From an uncultured virus (IMG/VR IMGVR_UViG_3300042273_000539) (Duplodnaviria > Heunggongvirae > Uroviricota > Caudoviricetes), in IMG/VR virus record IMGVR_UViG_3300042273_000539: a stretch of DNA of 64,000 nucleotides; one strand, 5' to 3'. A program made the translations under genes and the position numbers. The notes under the pieces are model-generated. The model ran no database searches, was not told the origin of the DNA, and saw only the letters and a list, made by a program, of their open reading frames with translations. This document shows positions 48,567 through 58,444 of the stretch, piece by piece (position 1 is the first letter of the stretch; each line of letters starts with the position of its first letter).

Positions 48567-51308
48567 ATGCCTTTAAATAAAAAAGAAAGAGAATTAATTC
48601 TTTCTGTTAAAAAGAAAATACAAACACATGACATTCCTACCACTTTAAAAGAGGCTTTTAACTATAGTAATGGAAATATAGTATATACTATATATAATGA
48701 TAATAGTACTGAAATGGTAGATTCTGGGGTTGAAGTTTTTCTTATTAAGAAAAGTTTCGCTTATTTTTTAGATAGATATTGTAGAGTAGATATACCTGGT
48801 CTTGGAACAGTGGATATGAATCCATATTATTTCCAGAAAGAAATGGCGAAAGAGGTCCTAAAATTTAGAAAAGTAGTAGTAGATAAGACTCGACAGTGTG
48901 GAATTTCTACGATATTTTCTTTATACACGTTGTGGAGAGCAAACTTTTTTGCCTCTGAAAATATAGACGTTATATCATTAAAGCAACAAAAAGCCCAGCA
49001 GTTTATCAATAAAATGAAATCAACTTTAAATAATCTCCCCGATTGGTTAAAGACACCTATTTCGGTAAATAATCAAAAACAAATATCATTTTCTCACCCT
49101 AATGGCTCCACTTCCACTATAGTTTCTGAACCACAATCTGATAATGCTGGTCGTTCAGATTCTCTTTCTTTGTTAATAATGGATGAGTTAGCATTTTATC
49201 AAAGTGATAGAATGGTAAGAGAAATTATTTCTGCTGCTACACCTACTTTAACAAAAACAGGTGGCCAGGCTATATATATTTCTACCCCTAATGGAACTAC
49301 AGGCGCAGGATCTTATTACTATGGACAAGTTCAAGAGGCAAAACAAGAGCTTGACCCAGATACAAAATATCTTGAAATTGATTGGTGGGAAGTTCCAGAT
49401 GACCCAAGGATTGGTGGTCCTAAAAAAGGATATAATCATGTTCTTGATGAAGCTATTAAAAATAATTATTATTACAATAGGAAAGTAAAAGAAAAATATA
49501 AAAAATTCTTTGAGCCTATTGCTAAAAACCATGACGCTAATCCTTGGCTGAAAGCAACCTTTGCGGATTTAAAGGATATAAAATTTAAGCAAGAAATTCT
49601 TCATGAATTTGTAATTGATGGTGATAGAGTATTCGGTCCTGATATAATGGCAAAAGTAAAGGCTGGATTAAAAGATCCTATTTCAAAAGACTATCTTTGG
49701 AACGATGGTAGGAAACTTCGTGAGCAAAGAGGTTTTTGGATATGGAACCATCCAGAGACAGGTCATAGATATATAACCGGAGTTGACGTAGCTTCTGGAA
49801 CTAGTTCTGATACCTCTACTATACAGGTAGTTGATTTAGAAACCATGAATCAAGTAGCAGAATTTAAGGGATATATATCTACTCCTATGTTTGCTAAACT
49901 AGTAAAAGACGTAGCTAGGATTTATAATGATGCGTTTGTAGTTATAGAGTGCAACTCTATTGGTGATACTATATTTTCTAATGTATATTATTCTGATAAT
50001 GATCCATATGGAAACGTATACAAACAAAAGAAAACAAAGAATGGTATTACCAGATTTACTGGATGGATAACTGATGTAAAAACCAGAAAACTTATGGTAT
50101 CTGACTTTATAGATTGGGTTGCAGTTCCTGAACTAGCAGAAAGATTCCATATAAATTCAGAAAGACTATACGCAGAAATGGAAACCTGGGTATGGGTTGC
50201 CAATGATAAAGCAATGCACGCTGATAATTGTCTTACTGGCGATACAGTTATTACTTGTAAATCAGGTTTTAAAAAAATTAAAGATATACATATAGGGGAA
50301 CTTGTTCTTAATGAAAAAGGAGATTTTAGCCCTGTAAGAGATAAGTTTGAGATAAAAGCAGATAGGGAAGTTTTGAAGGAAGTAGAGGCATCTGGTATGC
50401 CTAAACTTAACATTACAGATAAACAGAGAATTTTGACTTACAGGAACAAATATACACAATATGATAATGTGTATAATATAAAAAACGGTGATTTTGTTTA
50501 TAGCAAATTTTCTGATTTGGTTTTAAATTATAATACCCTTAACCTGACGGAAATCGCCAGTAAAATGAGGAATGGTAAATTTAAGCCTAACGAAAGTCAA
50601 CTTTATGCACACCCTATTATTCAGCTTGAACTTATTAGGTTTTTGGTAAGAAGAGGAAAGATCAAAAGATTTAGAAAGGTTGCTACGTTTAAAACAAGAA
50701 ATTATCAAAGTTTATATTTTTTGGCGCATATTCTATACAGGAATAGAGTTATTTTTTCTATGTCGCATAATAAAATAACAATCTCTAATCAAGAATTATA
50801 CAGAATTTGCCCAGATTTATATAAAAAGGAACCAGATTATAAAGAAATAAGAAAATATTATGGAAGTAATCTTTCTTCTAAAACAAAGAAAATAAAAGAA
50901 TCATTAAGAGAAGAAAAAATTCTTTATGATTTAGATGTTGAAAACGTTCATAGTTATGTGGCTAATAGCTATATAGTACATAACTGTCACGATGATGCTA
51001 TTATGGCAATGAGTTTATGCTTGCACCTTCGTGATAAGGCAGCTCTTCAAGAGAATTCTATGTTTATTGCTGAAGATGGTTCTGTAATAACATACGATAG
51101 AGACGAGGCAATGAAAAGAGCAGAGGAAGAAAATGTATCTTTCTCTTCTATAGATGGAACTGGGAAAAAGAAACTTGCAATACAAGGAAGTAATCCTTCT
51201 GGCATCGCTTCTAACACAGAAGATTTTGGAAGTACTGATATGGATAGAAAATTGAGGGAAATAGGGGTTTCTTCTATGGACGAACTTAAATGGTTATTAG
51301 GCGGTTGA
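48567..51308 (+). CDS. Terminase large subunit (gp17-like) containing an intein
   Basis: KTRQCGIST, MDELAF, STPNG, GVDVASG, IECN, HDDAIMA. Confidence 0.92.
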   Translation: MPLNKKERELILSVKKKIQTHDIPTTLKEAFNYSNGNIVYTIYNDNSTEMVDSGVEVFLIKKSFAYFLDRYCRVDIPGLGTVDMNPYYFQKEMAKEVLKFRKVVVDKTRQCGISTIFSLYTLWRANFFASENIDVISLKQQKAQQFINKMKSTLNNLPDWLKTPISVNNQKQISFSHPNGSTSTIVSEPQSDNAGRSDSLSLLIMDELAFYQSDRMVREIISAATPTLTKTGGQAIYISTPNGTTGAGSYYYGQVQEAKQELDPDTKYLEIDWWEVPDDPRIGGPKKGYNHVLDEAIKNNYYYNRKVKEKYKKFFEPIAKNHDANPWLKATFADLKDIKFKQEILHEFVIDGDRVFGPDIMAKVKAGLKDPISKDYLWNDGRKLREQRGFWIWNHPETGHRYITGVDVASGTSSDTSTIQVVDLETMNQVAEFKGYISTPMFAKLVKDVARIYNDAFVVIECNSIGDTIFSNVYYSDNDPYGNVYKQKKTKNGITRFTGWITDVKTRKLMVSDFIDWVAVPELAERFHINSERLYAEMETWVWVANDKAMHADNCLTGDTVITCKSGFKKIKDIHIGELVLNEKGDFSPVRDKFEIKADREVLKEVEASGMPKLNITDKQRILTYRNKYTQYDNVYNIKNGDFVYSKFSDLVLNYNTLNLTEIASKMRNGKFKPNESQLYAHPIIQLELIRFLVRRGKIKRFRKVATFKTRNYQSLYFLAHILYRNRVIFSMSHNKITISNQELYRICPDLYKKEPDYKEIRKYYGSNLSSKTKKIKESLREEKILYDLDVENVHSYVANSYIVHNCHDDAIMAMSLCLHLRDKAALQENSMFIAEDGSVITYDRDEAMKRAEEENVSFSSIDGTGKKKLAIQGSNPSGIASNTEDFGSTDMDRKLREIGVSSMDELKWLLGG
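50229..50984 (+). mobile_element. Intein with degenerate endonuclease region (252 aa)
   Basis: Starts CLTGDT, ends YDLDVENVHSYVANSYIVHN/C; no intact LAGLIDADG motif. Confidence 0.88.
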
Positions 51309-51309
51309 T

Positions 51310-51525
51310 ATGAAAATAACGGATAAAGATGAAATAATAGACAGAATGATGAAAGGTTCTGAAACTATTAATAAGAACAGAAACAAATCTATGAAGTCTT
51401 TTAGAAGAAAAAATAAAGATGGAAAAGTAAGCAAAAGTTATAAGAATAGATTAGGCAAACATTTAAACAAGTCATTGGCTAATTTAGAAGTAGGAGAAAA
51501 AGAAGATGCTACGAAACGGAGTTGA
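51310..51525 (+). CDS. Small basic protein
   Basis: ORF between terminase and portal. Confidence 0.55.
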   Translation: MKITDKDEIIDRMMKGSETINKNRNKSMKSFRRKNKDGKVSKSYKNRLGKHLNKSLANLEVGEKEDATKRS

Positions 51526-53524
51526 AGTATTTGATTCAGAAATAACTATATCTCAAGCGTATAACGTTCAAAAGCAAATAAACAAGGTTGCAGAAATAGA
51601 AGATGATTTTAAAACTCCTAAAAATGTGGTAGTAAATAATGGAGAAATAGATTCTGTGTCTCCTGGGCTAACCACTTGGCAATCTTTTGCTCCTGGAAAC
51701 TTTGAATCTGTGGGTTCTACTACTAGAAGAAGAACAGTTCTTTCAAGAGAGCATTTATATGAAACCTATATAAGAATGGATGCTACTGAATTTATACATA
51801 GAGGTCTTGAAGTTATTTCTGACGAAGCATCACAAAAAGATGATGATGAAGAAGTTATTCAGGTTTATAGTGATAATGAAAAAATAAAAGAAGATTTAGA
51901 GGAGTTATTCATAGATAAACTTGGCTTTGATACAGAGCTTTGGTCTATTATTTATGAAACCTGTAAAATGGGTGATAACTTCTATGAAGTTGTTCTTGAA
52001 ATAGGTAATGGAAAAGCATATGGCATTAGAAGATTGAAATATATTGATCCTTCTAAAATTGAAATAAAAGAAAAAGAAGGGAAAGTTGAGTATTATATTT
52101 ATAGGAATAGGACTCAAGGTAGAAGCGTAAGTGAACAAAAACTTTTCCCTTGGCAGATTATTCACTTTAAGATTGAAGATAAAGAAAGTAAGCCATACGG
52201 AAGATCTCTTTTATATTCTGGAGTTAGAACATTTAGTAGGTTAATGAATACAGAAGATATATTCTTAACTTATGTTATATCAAGAACTCCATCTAGGCGT
52301 GTTTTTAAAATTGATGTAGGAAATAAACCTTATCTTGAAGCACAAAGAGAAATCATGGAAATACGTGATAGGTACAGGAGCCAGCAAGTTATTGACGAAG
52401 AAGGAAATCTTAATAGGGTTGCTTCTATGTTCTCTATTACATCTGATATATTTATTCCTGTACGAGAAGGTTCTTCTGGAACTAATGTAGAACTACTTGG
52501 TGGAGAAGGTATGAATATGGGCCAGAATATGACTTTCATAGATTATTTTAAACATAATCTATTAAGGACTATGAATATTCCACCTGAATATCTTGGAGAA
52601 AATAATCAGGCTGATAAATCTACTTCTTTGGCTCAAAGAGATGTAAAATTTGGTAGATTTGTGGAAAGGGTTCAAAACCACATTCTTAAAGGTATATATA
52701 AAATTGCTACATTGCAGTTGTTTTTCTTGGGGTATGAGAAAGAAGATTTGCAGGACTTTAACATATCTCTAACTCCTCCTTCTACTATTAAAGAAATATC
52801 TGATATTGATGTTATTACCCAAAAAATACAACTTATTCAATCTATGCAATCTCTTAATATATTCCCTACTACTTGGATGCTTAAAGAAGTTCTTAAGTTA
52901 TCAGATAAAGAAATTAATGACATTCAGTTCTTAAGAACTATTGAAGAAAAACAAGCACAACAAGCGCAAGGACAGGCAGGAATGGCTGGAGGTGCAGGAG
53001 GAATGGGACAAATTCCAATGACAGGTGAGTTGCCACCAGAGGGTGGAGAAATGCCAGCAGGCGAAATGCCACCAGAGGGCGGAGAATTACCAGCAGAAGC
53101 TCCACCAGCAGAGGTTTCCGATCAAGATGTTGAGAATGCTCTTTCCGGTGGAATGGAACCTCCTATGGGAGAGTTGCAAGCTGACCATATTTTGGCTTAC
53201 ACTAAAGTTCTAGGACAAAACTACTTAATAGAGAATAAACAATCATTGTTTGCTCTTATTAGGTATGTTCAAGAGCAAAATAAAGCTAAAAAGAAAAAGC
53301 AAGAACCTAGTAAATTCCTTACAGAAGTTAGCCAATTTATTACAGATGCCGAAACTGCTGAAAGTAAGAAAAAGAGATTAGTTAATCCTTTTGACTATCT
53401 TGAAGTGCATAATGAGTTCGGTGGTATAAATATGGGGTCTAATAAAGATAGAAGTAAGACCTATAAAATTTACGAAGGTAAGATTGTTAGAAAAAAAGAG
53501 ATCAGAGATACCCTTAAAGGGTAA
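51506..53524 (+). CDS. Portal protein (gp20-like)
   Basis: WQIIHF, PYGRSLL, RTPSRRVFKIDVG, DIFIPVREG, YFKHNL..NIPPEYL, KFGRFVERVQ. Confidence 0.92.
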   Translation: MLRNGVEVFDSEITISQAYNVQKQINKVAEIEDDFKTPKNVVVNNGEIDSVSPGLTTWQSFAPGNFESVGSTTRRRTVLSREHLYETYIRMDATEFIHRGLEVISDEASQKDDDEEVIQVYSDNEKIKEDLEELFIDKLGFDTELWSIIYETCKMGDNFYEVVLEIGNGKAYGIRRLKYIDPSKIEIKEKEGKVEYYIYRNRTQGRSVSEQKLFPWQIIHFKIEDKESKPYGRSLLYSGVRTFSRLMNTEDIFLTYVISRTPSRRVFKIDVGNKPYLEAQREIMEIRDRYRSQQVIDEEGNLNRVASMFSITSDIFIPVREGSSGTNVELLGGEGMNMGQNMTFIDYFKHNLLRTMNIPPEYLGENNQADKSTSLAQRDVKFGRFVERVQNHILKGIYKIATLQLFFLGYEKEDLQDFNISLTPPSTIKEISDIDVITQKIQLIQSMQSLNIFPTTWMLKEVLKLSDKEINDIQFLRTIEEKQAQQAQGQAGMAGGAGGMGQIPMTGELPPEGGEMPAGEMPPEGGELPAEAPPAEVSDQDVENALSGGMEPPMGELQADHILAYTKVLGQNYLIENKQSLFALIRYVQEQNKAKKKKQEPSKFLTEVSQFITDAETAESKKKRLVNPFDYLEVHNEFGGINMGSNKDRSKTYKIYEGKIVRKKEIRDTLKG

Positions 53525-53552
53525 AAATGGTTAAATAGGAAAGTTAATAGTG

Positions 53553-53999
53553 ATGAAAAAGATTACTCTTGAATCTTTATTGGAAGAAGCAAAGAAAGAA
53601 ATTTGCGAAATAGAAGAAGGACAGGTATATGAAACTATGAATAGTATATATCCTGGCGATACTATTTCACCTTTTGACAAAAACGTTGTTATAAACGATG
53701 TCAAAATGACTTTACCTTTAGCTTCTTCTAGTAGAGCAAAAAGAGAATTTAAAAAAAATGGAAGTTCCTTAAAGACTTTATTTAAAGAAGGTATAAAAGG
53801 TGACTATTTGTTAGTTGAAAAAGTAGAAGGGGAAAACATTATTTGTAAAAATATGTCTATCTCCGAAGACTATTTTGAGAAGTATTATAAATCTCCATCT
53901 ATGCAACAAGTCATTATTACCAAAGAAGATATAGCCACAGGGAACGTAAAGCGTGTTTATCGTGGATTTAAGAACCACTTGGAGGGAAAAAATAAATGA
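53553..53999 (+). CDS. Head-region hypothetical protein with LLEE propeptide
   Basis: MKKITLESLLEEA; position in the head operon. Confidence 0.6.
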   Translation: MKKITLESLLEEAKKEICEIEEGQVYETMNSIYPGDTISPFDKNVVINDVKMTLPLASSSRAKREFKKNGSSLKTLFKEGIKGDYLLVEKVEGENIICKNMSISEDYFEKYYKSPSMQQVIITKEDIATGNVKRVYRGFKNHLEGKNK

Positions 54000-55207
54000 C
54001 TAAAGATATCACATTTAGAGAATTCGAAGGTATCAACAGTTTTTCCAGCGGAAACATTGAAAGTATGCTTAGGGCATATATCAACGAAAGTGCTAATGCT
54101 GCATTAGTATCAACTTTTGATGATGGGGTTATCCTTTTTGATGTTAATGAAGAAAAGTTCTATTCTGCAAACTATTCTCTTAACAGGGAAAATTTACAGG
54201 TAGTATTGGAAAACTTTGATGCAATCAACCTAAAAGAAGATGAAAAAGTTAACTTCAAGATGGCTGCTAAACGGTATTTCATAGAAGAGGATGTAGATGT
54301 TTCTTCACTTGCAAGAGACTATGCAGAATTTATGGAAAAGCCAAAAGCTGCTGTAGAAAAGTTAATCGCTGAAGCTGTTTCTGACAAAGATTTTAGTAAC
54401 AGTGCCGATTTTGAAGAACTTTCTTACATTAATGAAGGCTTTGCTGAACTTCGTAATGAGGATTTCTTCAAAGATTATCAAAAGAGATTAGTGTCTAATC
54501 CTCTTTCTGATGTATTGTATTTTAACTGGAAAGATCCAGTTGCTTTCTCGTTGTATGAAAGTACAGAGCCTGAAAAATATATCAATTCTAAAGGTAAAGA
54601 AAAAGCAAAAGGACTTGCCAAAAACAAGAAATTTAAGAAAGATGTCGTAAAGGCTTGTGGAGTTTTTAAAGAAGATGTTGAAGAAGGTGGAGAACTTTTA
54701 TTTAAATTGTTTGAAGAATATCCTTCTTTGTTCTTTTTGAATGAATCTGAAATTAAAGAAATGTTTGGAAGAACTTTATTGATTGATCCTACCACTCAAA
54801 AAGATTATAAGTCTATTCTTGAAGGCGTAAAAACCTTTATGATTACTGACCCTGAAATGGCAGAGTTAAAATACTCTATTCTAGGAGAAGCAATTGACAT
54901 CGGTTCTGGTGCAGAAGACGACGATCTTGAACCAGGCGCAGAAGCTGATAAAAAAGATTCTGACGACAAGAAAGACGATGATGATGAAGAAAAGAAAGAT
55001 GACAAGAAAGAAGAGAAGGCTAAAGAACTTTCTGCTGAAGAAAAAGAGAAGTTAGTTTCTGCTCTTAAGACTGTTGTTGATAAAGCAGTTGATGAAAAAA
55101 TCAAAGAAATGGCTCAAGAACTTCTTGATAAGTTTGATACTGAAGATGAAGGAACAAAGCCAGAAGATGTTAAAGAAGCGGTTCGTTTCTTATCTATCTG
55201 CTTATAA
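53996..55207 (+). CDS. Probable prohead core protein
   Basis: Acidic, many xNE/xxE sites; between portal and protease. Confidence 0.5.
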   Translation: MTKDITFREFEGINSFSSGNIESMLRAYINESANAALVSTFDDGVILFDVNEEKFYSANYSLNRENLQVVLENFDAINLKEDEKVNFKMAAKRYFIEEDVDVSSLARDYAEFMEKPKAAVEKLIAEAVSDKDFSNSADFEELSYINEGFAELRNEDFFKDYQKRLVSNPLSDVLYFNWKDPVAFSLYESTEPEKYINSKGKEKAKGLAKNKKFKKDVVKACGVFKEDVEEGGELLFKLFEEYPSLFFLNESEIKEMFGRTLLIDPTTQKDYKSILEGVKTFMITDPEMAELKYSILGEAIDIGSGAEDDDLEPGAEADKKDSDDKKDDDDEEKKDDKKEEKAKELSAEEKEKLVSALKTVVDKAVDEKIKEMAQELLDKFDTEDEGTKPEDVKEAVRFLSICL

Positions 55208-55219
55208 GAGGTGGTTATT

Positions 55220-55849
55220 ATGGCTGATGATAAACTTCTTACAGAACAACTCTTTGAGACTGATGATGCCTTTAGGTATGAGATTATCAAAGAAGATGTT
55301 AATGGAAAGAAAAAGTATCTTATAAGAGGTAGTTTTTCTAAAGCCGGTGTAGTTAATAAAAACAAAAGACTCTATCCTAGAAACGTTATGGCAGAGAGTT
55401 TAAAAGAATGTACGGAAATGATGTCGCAGAATAGGATGGTTGGAGAGCTTGAACACCCAGCTAGTCCCAAAATCAATCTTGAAAGAATTTCTCATAAAAT
55501 CAATAAACTTGAGCTAGCTGAAGACGGAACCCTATTGGGTGAAATGGAAGTGCTTGATACTCCTACCGGAAAAATTTTACAAACTTTGATAGACTCTAAT
55601 GTTGGTTTGGGTGTATCTACCAGAGGGACTGGTTCTGTAAAGAAAATAAAATACCAAGTTAAGGAAGGTGTTTTTGAAGATGTCCTAGAGGTACAGCCAG
55701 ATTTTAAACTTCGTGCTATAGATATAGTTTTTGATCCATCTGCTGGGGAGTTTGGAACACCACAGTTTGTAGCAGAAGGATTGGAGCTATTCAATGAACC
55801 TTCAAACAAAATCACCTTTGGTGAGGTTTGGGGTAGGTTATTCTCGTAA
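55220..55849 (+). CDS. Prohead protease (gp21-like)
   Basis: NKNKRLYP, GELEHP, ERISH, TPTGKI, GVSTRGTGS, DIVFDPS. Confidence 0.92.
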   Translation: MADDKLLTEQLFETDDAFRYEIIKEDVNGKKKYLIRGSFSKAGVVNKNKRLYPRNVMAESLKECTEMMSQNRMVGELEHPASPKINLERISHKINKLELAEDGTLLGEMEVLDTPTGKILQTLIDSNVGLGVSTRGTGSVKKIKYQVKEGVFEDVLEVQPDFKLRAIDIVFDPSAGEFGTPQFVAEGLELFNEPSNKITFGEVWGRLFS

Positions 55850-55897
55850 GTTTAGACTTACGGAAAGATAAAAATGTAAATATTTCGGAGGAAAATA

Positions 55898-56665
55898 ATG
55901 GACAAATTGGAAAAGTTTGATGATATTTTAAAAATGGAACTTTCCGAAGAAGTAGCAACTAAATTAACCGAGGCACTTGTGACTTGGAAAGAAGAGTATG
56001 CTGCACAGCTTGAGGAAAAGAACGCAGAAGTTCTTGAAGCAAAACTTCAGGAGCTTGAAGAAATGAATGAACAATGGAGAGAAGAAGTTGCTGAAGAATA
56101 TTCAGATAAGTTTATTGATGCTCTTAATGAAATGCGAGGAGAGGTAAAAGCTAACATACTTGCCGAGTATGTTGATACAGATCCAACCCACAAGGTTATG
56201 GAAGAAATCAAAAGGCTTGTTGCTCCAACTATTAATGAAGAGTACGTAAGCAATGTTTATTTGGAAGAACTTATTACACTAAGGGAACAAGTAAAAGAGT
56301 ACGAAAGATCTCAATTGCTTGCCGAAGGCGAAAAAGTTAAAGAAGAGCTTATTGAAGGTTATTCCGACAAATTAAAGCCTCTTTTGAGAACTCTTATTGG
56401 TGAAGGAACTGCCGAAGAAGTTGAAAACAAATTTATTGAAATCGTAGAATCTTTACAGGAAGATGAAGAAGATGAAGATTTTGATGAAGAAGATGAAGAT
56501 GAAGAAGACTTTGACTTTGGCGAAGATGATGATGAAGTAGAAGAAGAAGACATTGATTGGGATGAACTTTCTTCTATAGAAGAAGAGTTTGAAGATAGTG
56601 GCGATAATGATGCTGGTGGAAAAAAATCTCCTCACAGAAGCGCTATTCTTGACTTATTGAACTAA
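55898..56665 (+). CDS. Prohead scaffold protein (gp22-like)
   Basis: Glu-rich helical protein between protease and capsid. Confidence 0.75.
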   Translation: MDKLEKFDDILKMELSEEVATKLTEALVTWKEEYAAQLEEKNAEVLEAKLQELEEMNEQWREEVAEEYSDKFIDALNEMRGEVKANILAEYVDTDPTHKVMEEIKRLVAPTINEEYVSNVYLEELITLREQVKEYERSQLLAEGEKVKEELIEGYSDKLKPLLRTLIGEGTAEEVENKFIEIVESLQEDEEDEDFDEEDEDEEDFDFGEDDDEVEEEDIDWDELSSIEEEFEDSGDNDAGGKKSPHRSAILDLLN

Positions 56666-56721
56666 TTTTACGTTAGTGTAAAGAATATTAATGTAAAGAA
56701 AAATTTTTGGAGGAAAAAATA

Positions 56722-58440
56722 ATGAATGAAAACTTAAAAGCTCTTAATACAAAATGGGGCTGGTTATGCGAAGATATTAAGAATCCTGAAGTACGAAAGA
56801 ACACTATGTTGGTTCTTGAGAACTCAGCAAAATTCATGGTGGAGAATGAGCACACCACTAAACAAGCAGTTCAGGATCTTTTTGAAGAGTTCCTTACTGA
56901 AGCAGAAAGCACCAACCCTAACACTTCCGGTTATGAAGGAAGTAATGGAACTGTAGGTTCTTCAACTAGAAATGGTGTACAGAACTATGTTGTACCTAAA
57001 GTAATGTTCCCTGTAATCAGGAGGGTTATGCCCCAGTTGATTGCTAATGAACTTGTATCTGTACAGCCTATTAACGGACGAACTGGTGTAGTATTCTATG
57101 CTTCTTATCAGTTCTCAAATGATAAGGGTGGAGTTGCTTCTGGTGACCAGTTTACCGGAAACTACACTATTGACGAACTTGGAGACTTTAGCGACCTTAG
57201 AGCTAATGGTGGCCAGGCAATCAGGGGACAGGCGTTCTACTCTTCACAGAAATGTGGACCTTTTGATGTAGTAACTGTTCCAGAACTTAAAGTTGCTTTT
57301 GATGGTACAAATTATACAGTAACCCTTAATGGTGATACTATTACTGGTGCAACTAATGCATTCCAGCCTTCTGTTGATACCTTACTTGAGAAATTCTGGA
57401 AGGATTCTCCTACTCCTGCATTCTTGGACGCAGAACTTTACCCACTTGGAGGTGGTCCTGCTACTACTTATACGTATTCTGAATCTGCTGCTTCTGCTAC
57501 TGCTTATACTTATAATAGTGAATCTGGTGAAGGAACTGTAACCTTTGGTGCTTCTGTAAATTATGCTGTTGTTGCAGATACTTCTGTAACAATTGGATCA
57601 GGTGATGCTATTGATATTACTGATTTAGGACTTTCAGAGGGAGAGTCAACAGTAATACAGGCTCCTGTTACTTCTGAACTTTTCGTTCAGTACAACCAGG
57701 AATCTTCTGTAAATATCCCTGAAATGCAGTTCACTCTTGACTCAAAGAACATTGAGACCAAGGAAAGAAAGCTTAAGGTTAGATATACCCAGGAAGCTGC
57801 ACAGGACTTGAAGGCACATCACCAGCTTGACCTTGAAGCAGAATTGGTAAAGATGGCATCTACTGACATGAACTACGAAATTGACCGTGAAATCATTGAT
57901 TTCATTGACAGAAGTGTTCCTGCACAGTTGAAGTGGTCTCATAACTGGAATTTCGCTGGTAGTGGAATTGTTTATAACTTCCTTGACAGGCACCGAGCTC
58001 TTGCACAGAGTCTTTATGCTCTTGCTGGAAGAATGGCACAGTATAACAGACAGGGTGCTGCTAACTGGGCAGTTGTTTCTCCTAAAGTTGCAGCTATACT
58101 ACAGCTTCTTCCTGAATTCTCAAAAGAAACTGTTTCCTTGTCGCCAAACATCTACACTATCGGTTCTCTTAACAAGATCAGATACTTTGTAGATCCAAAC
58201 AGAGTTGGTTCTAATGAAGATACAATCCTTATGGGATTTAAGTCTCCTATCACTTCTTATGGAACTGGTATTGTTTACTCTCCATATGCTAACTGGATGA
58301 CTGCAACCGTTATTGACCCAGCTAACTTTGATAGCAATAAGGGATTCTTTAGCAGATACGCTATTACTCTTCTTCCAAGAGGACAATGGTTCTATGCTAA
58401 ACTTCTTATCACCAATCTTTCTAACGGATTTGGTGGCTGA
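56722..58440 (+). CDS. Major capsid protein (gp23-like)
   Basis: KW..L, LEN, FLTE/A cleavage site, FPVIRRVMPQLIANELVSVQP, RKLKVRYTQEAAQDLKAHH, EIDREII, YSPY, SRYA. Confidence 0.95.
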   Translation: MNENLKALNTKWGWLCEDIKNPEVRKNTMLVLENSAKFMVENEHTTKQAVQDLFEEFLTEAESTNPNTSGYEGSNGTVGSSTRNGVQNYVVPKVMFPVIRRVMPQLIANELVSVQPINGRTGVVFYASYQFSNDKGGVASGDQFTGNYTIDELGDFSDLRANGGQAIRGQAFYSSQKCGPFDVVTVPELKVAFDGTNYTVTLNGDTITGATNAFQPSVDTLLEKFWKDSPTPAFLDAELYPLGGGPATTYTYSESAASATAYTYNSESGEGTVTFGASVNYAVVADTSVTIGSGDAIDITDLGLSEGESTVIQAPVTSELFVQYNQESSVNIPEMQFTLDSKNIETKERKLKVRYTQEAAQDLKAHHQLDLEAELVKMASTDMNYEIDREIIDFIDRSVPAQLKWSHNWNFAGSGIVYNFLDRHRALAQSLYALAGRMAQYNRQGAANWAVVSPKVAAILQLLPEFSKETVSLSPNIYTIGSLNKIRYFVDPNRVGSNEDTILMGFKSPITSYGTGIVYSPYANWMTATVIDPANFDSNKGFFSRYAITLLPRGQWFYAKLLITNLSNGFGG

Positions 58441-58444
58441 TAAA

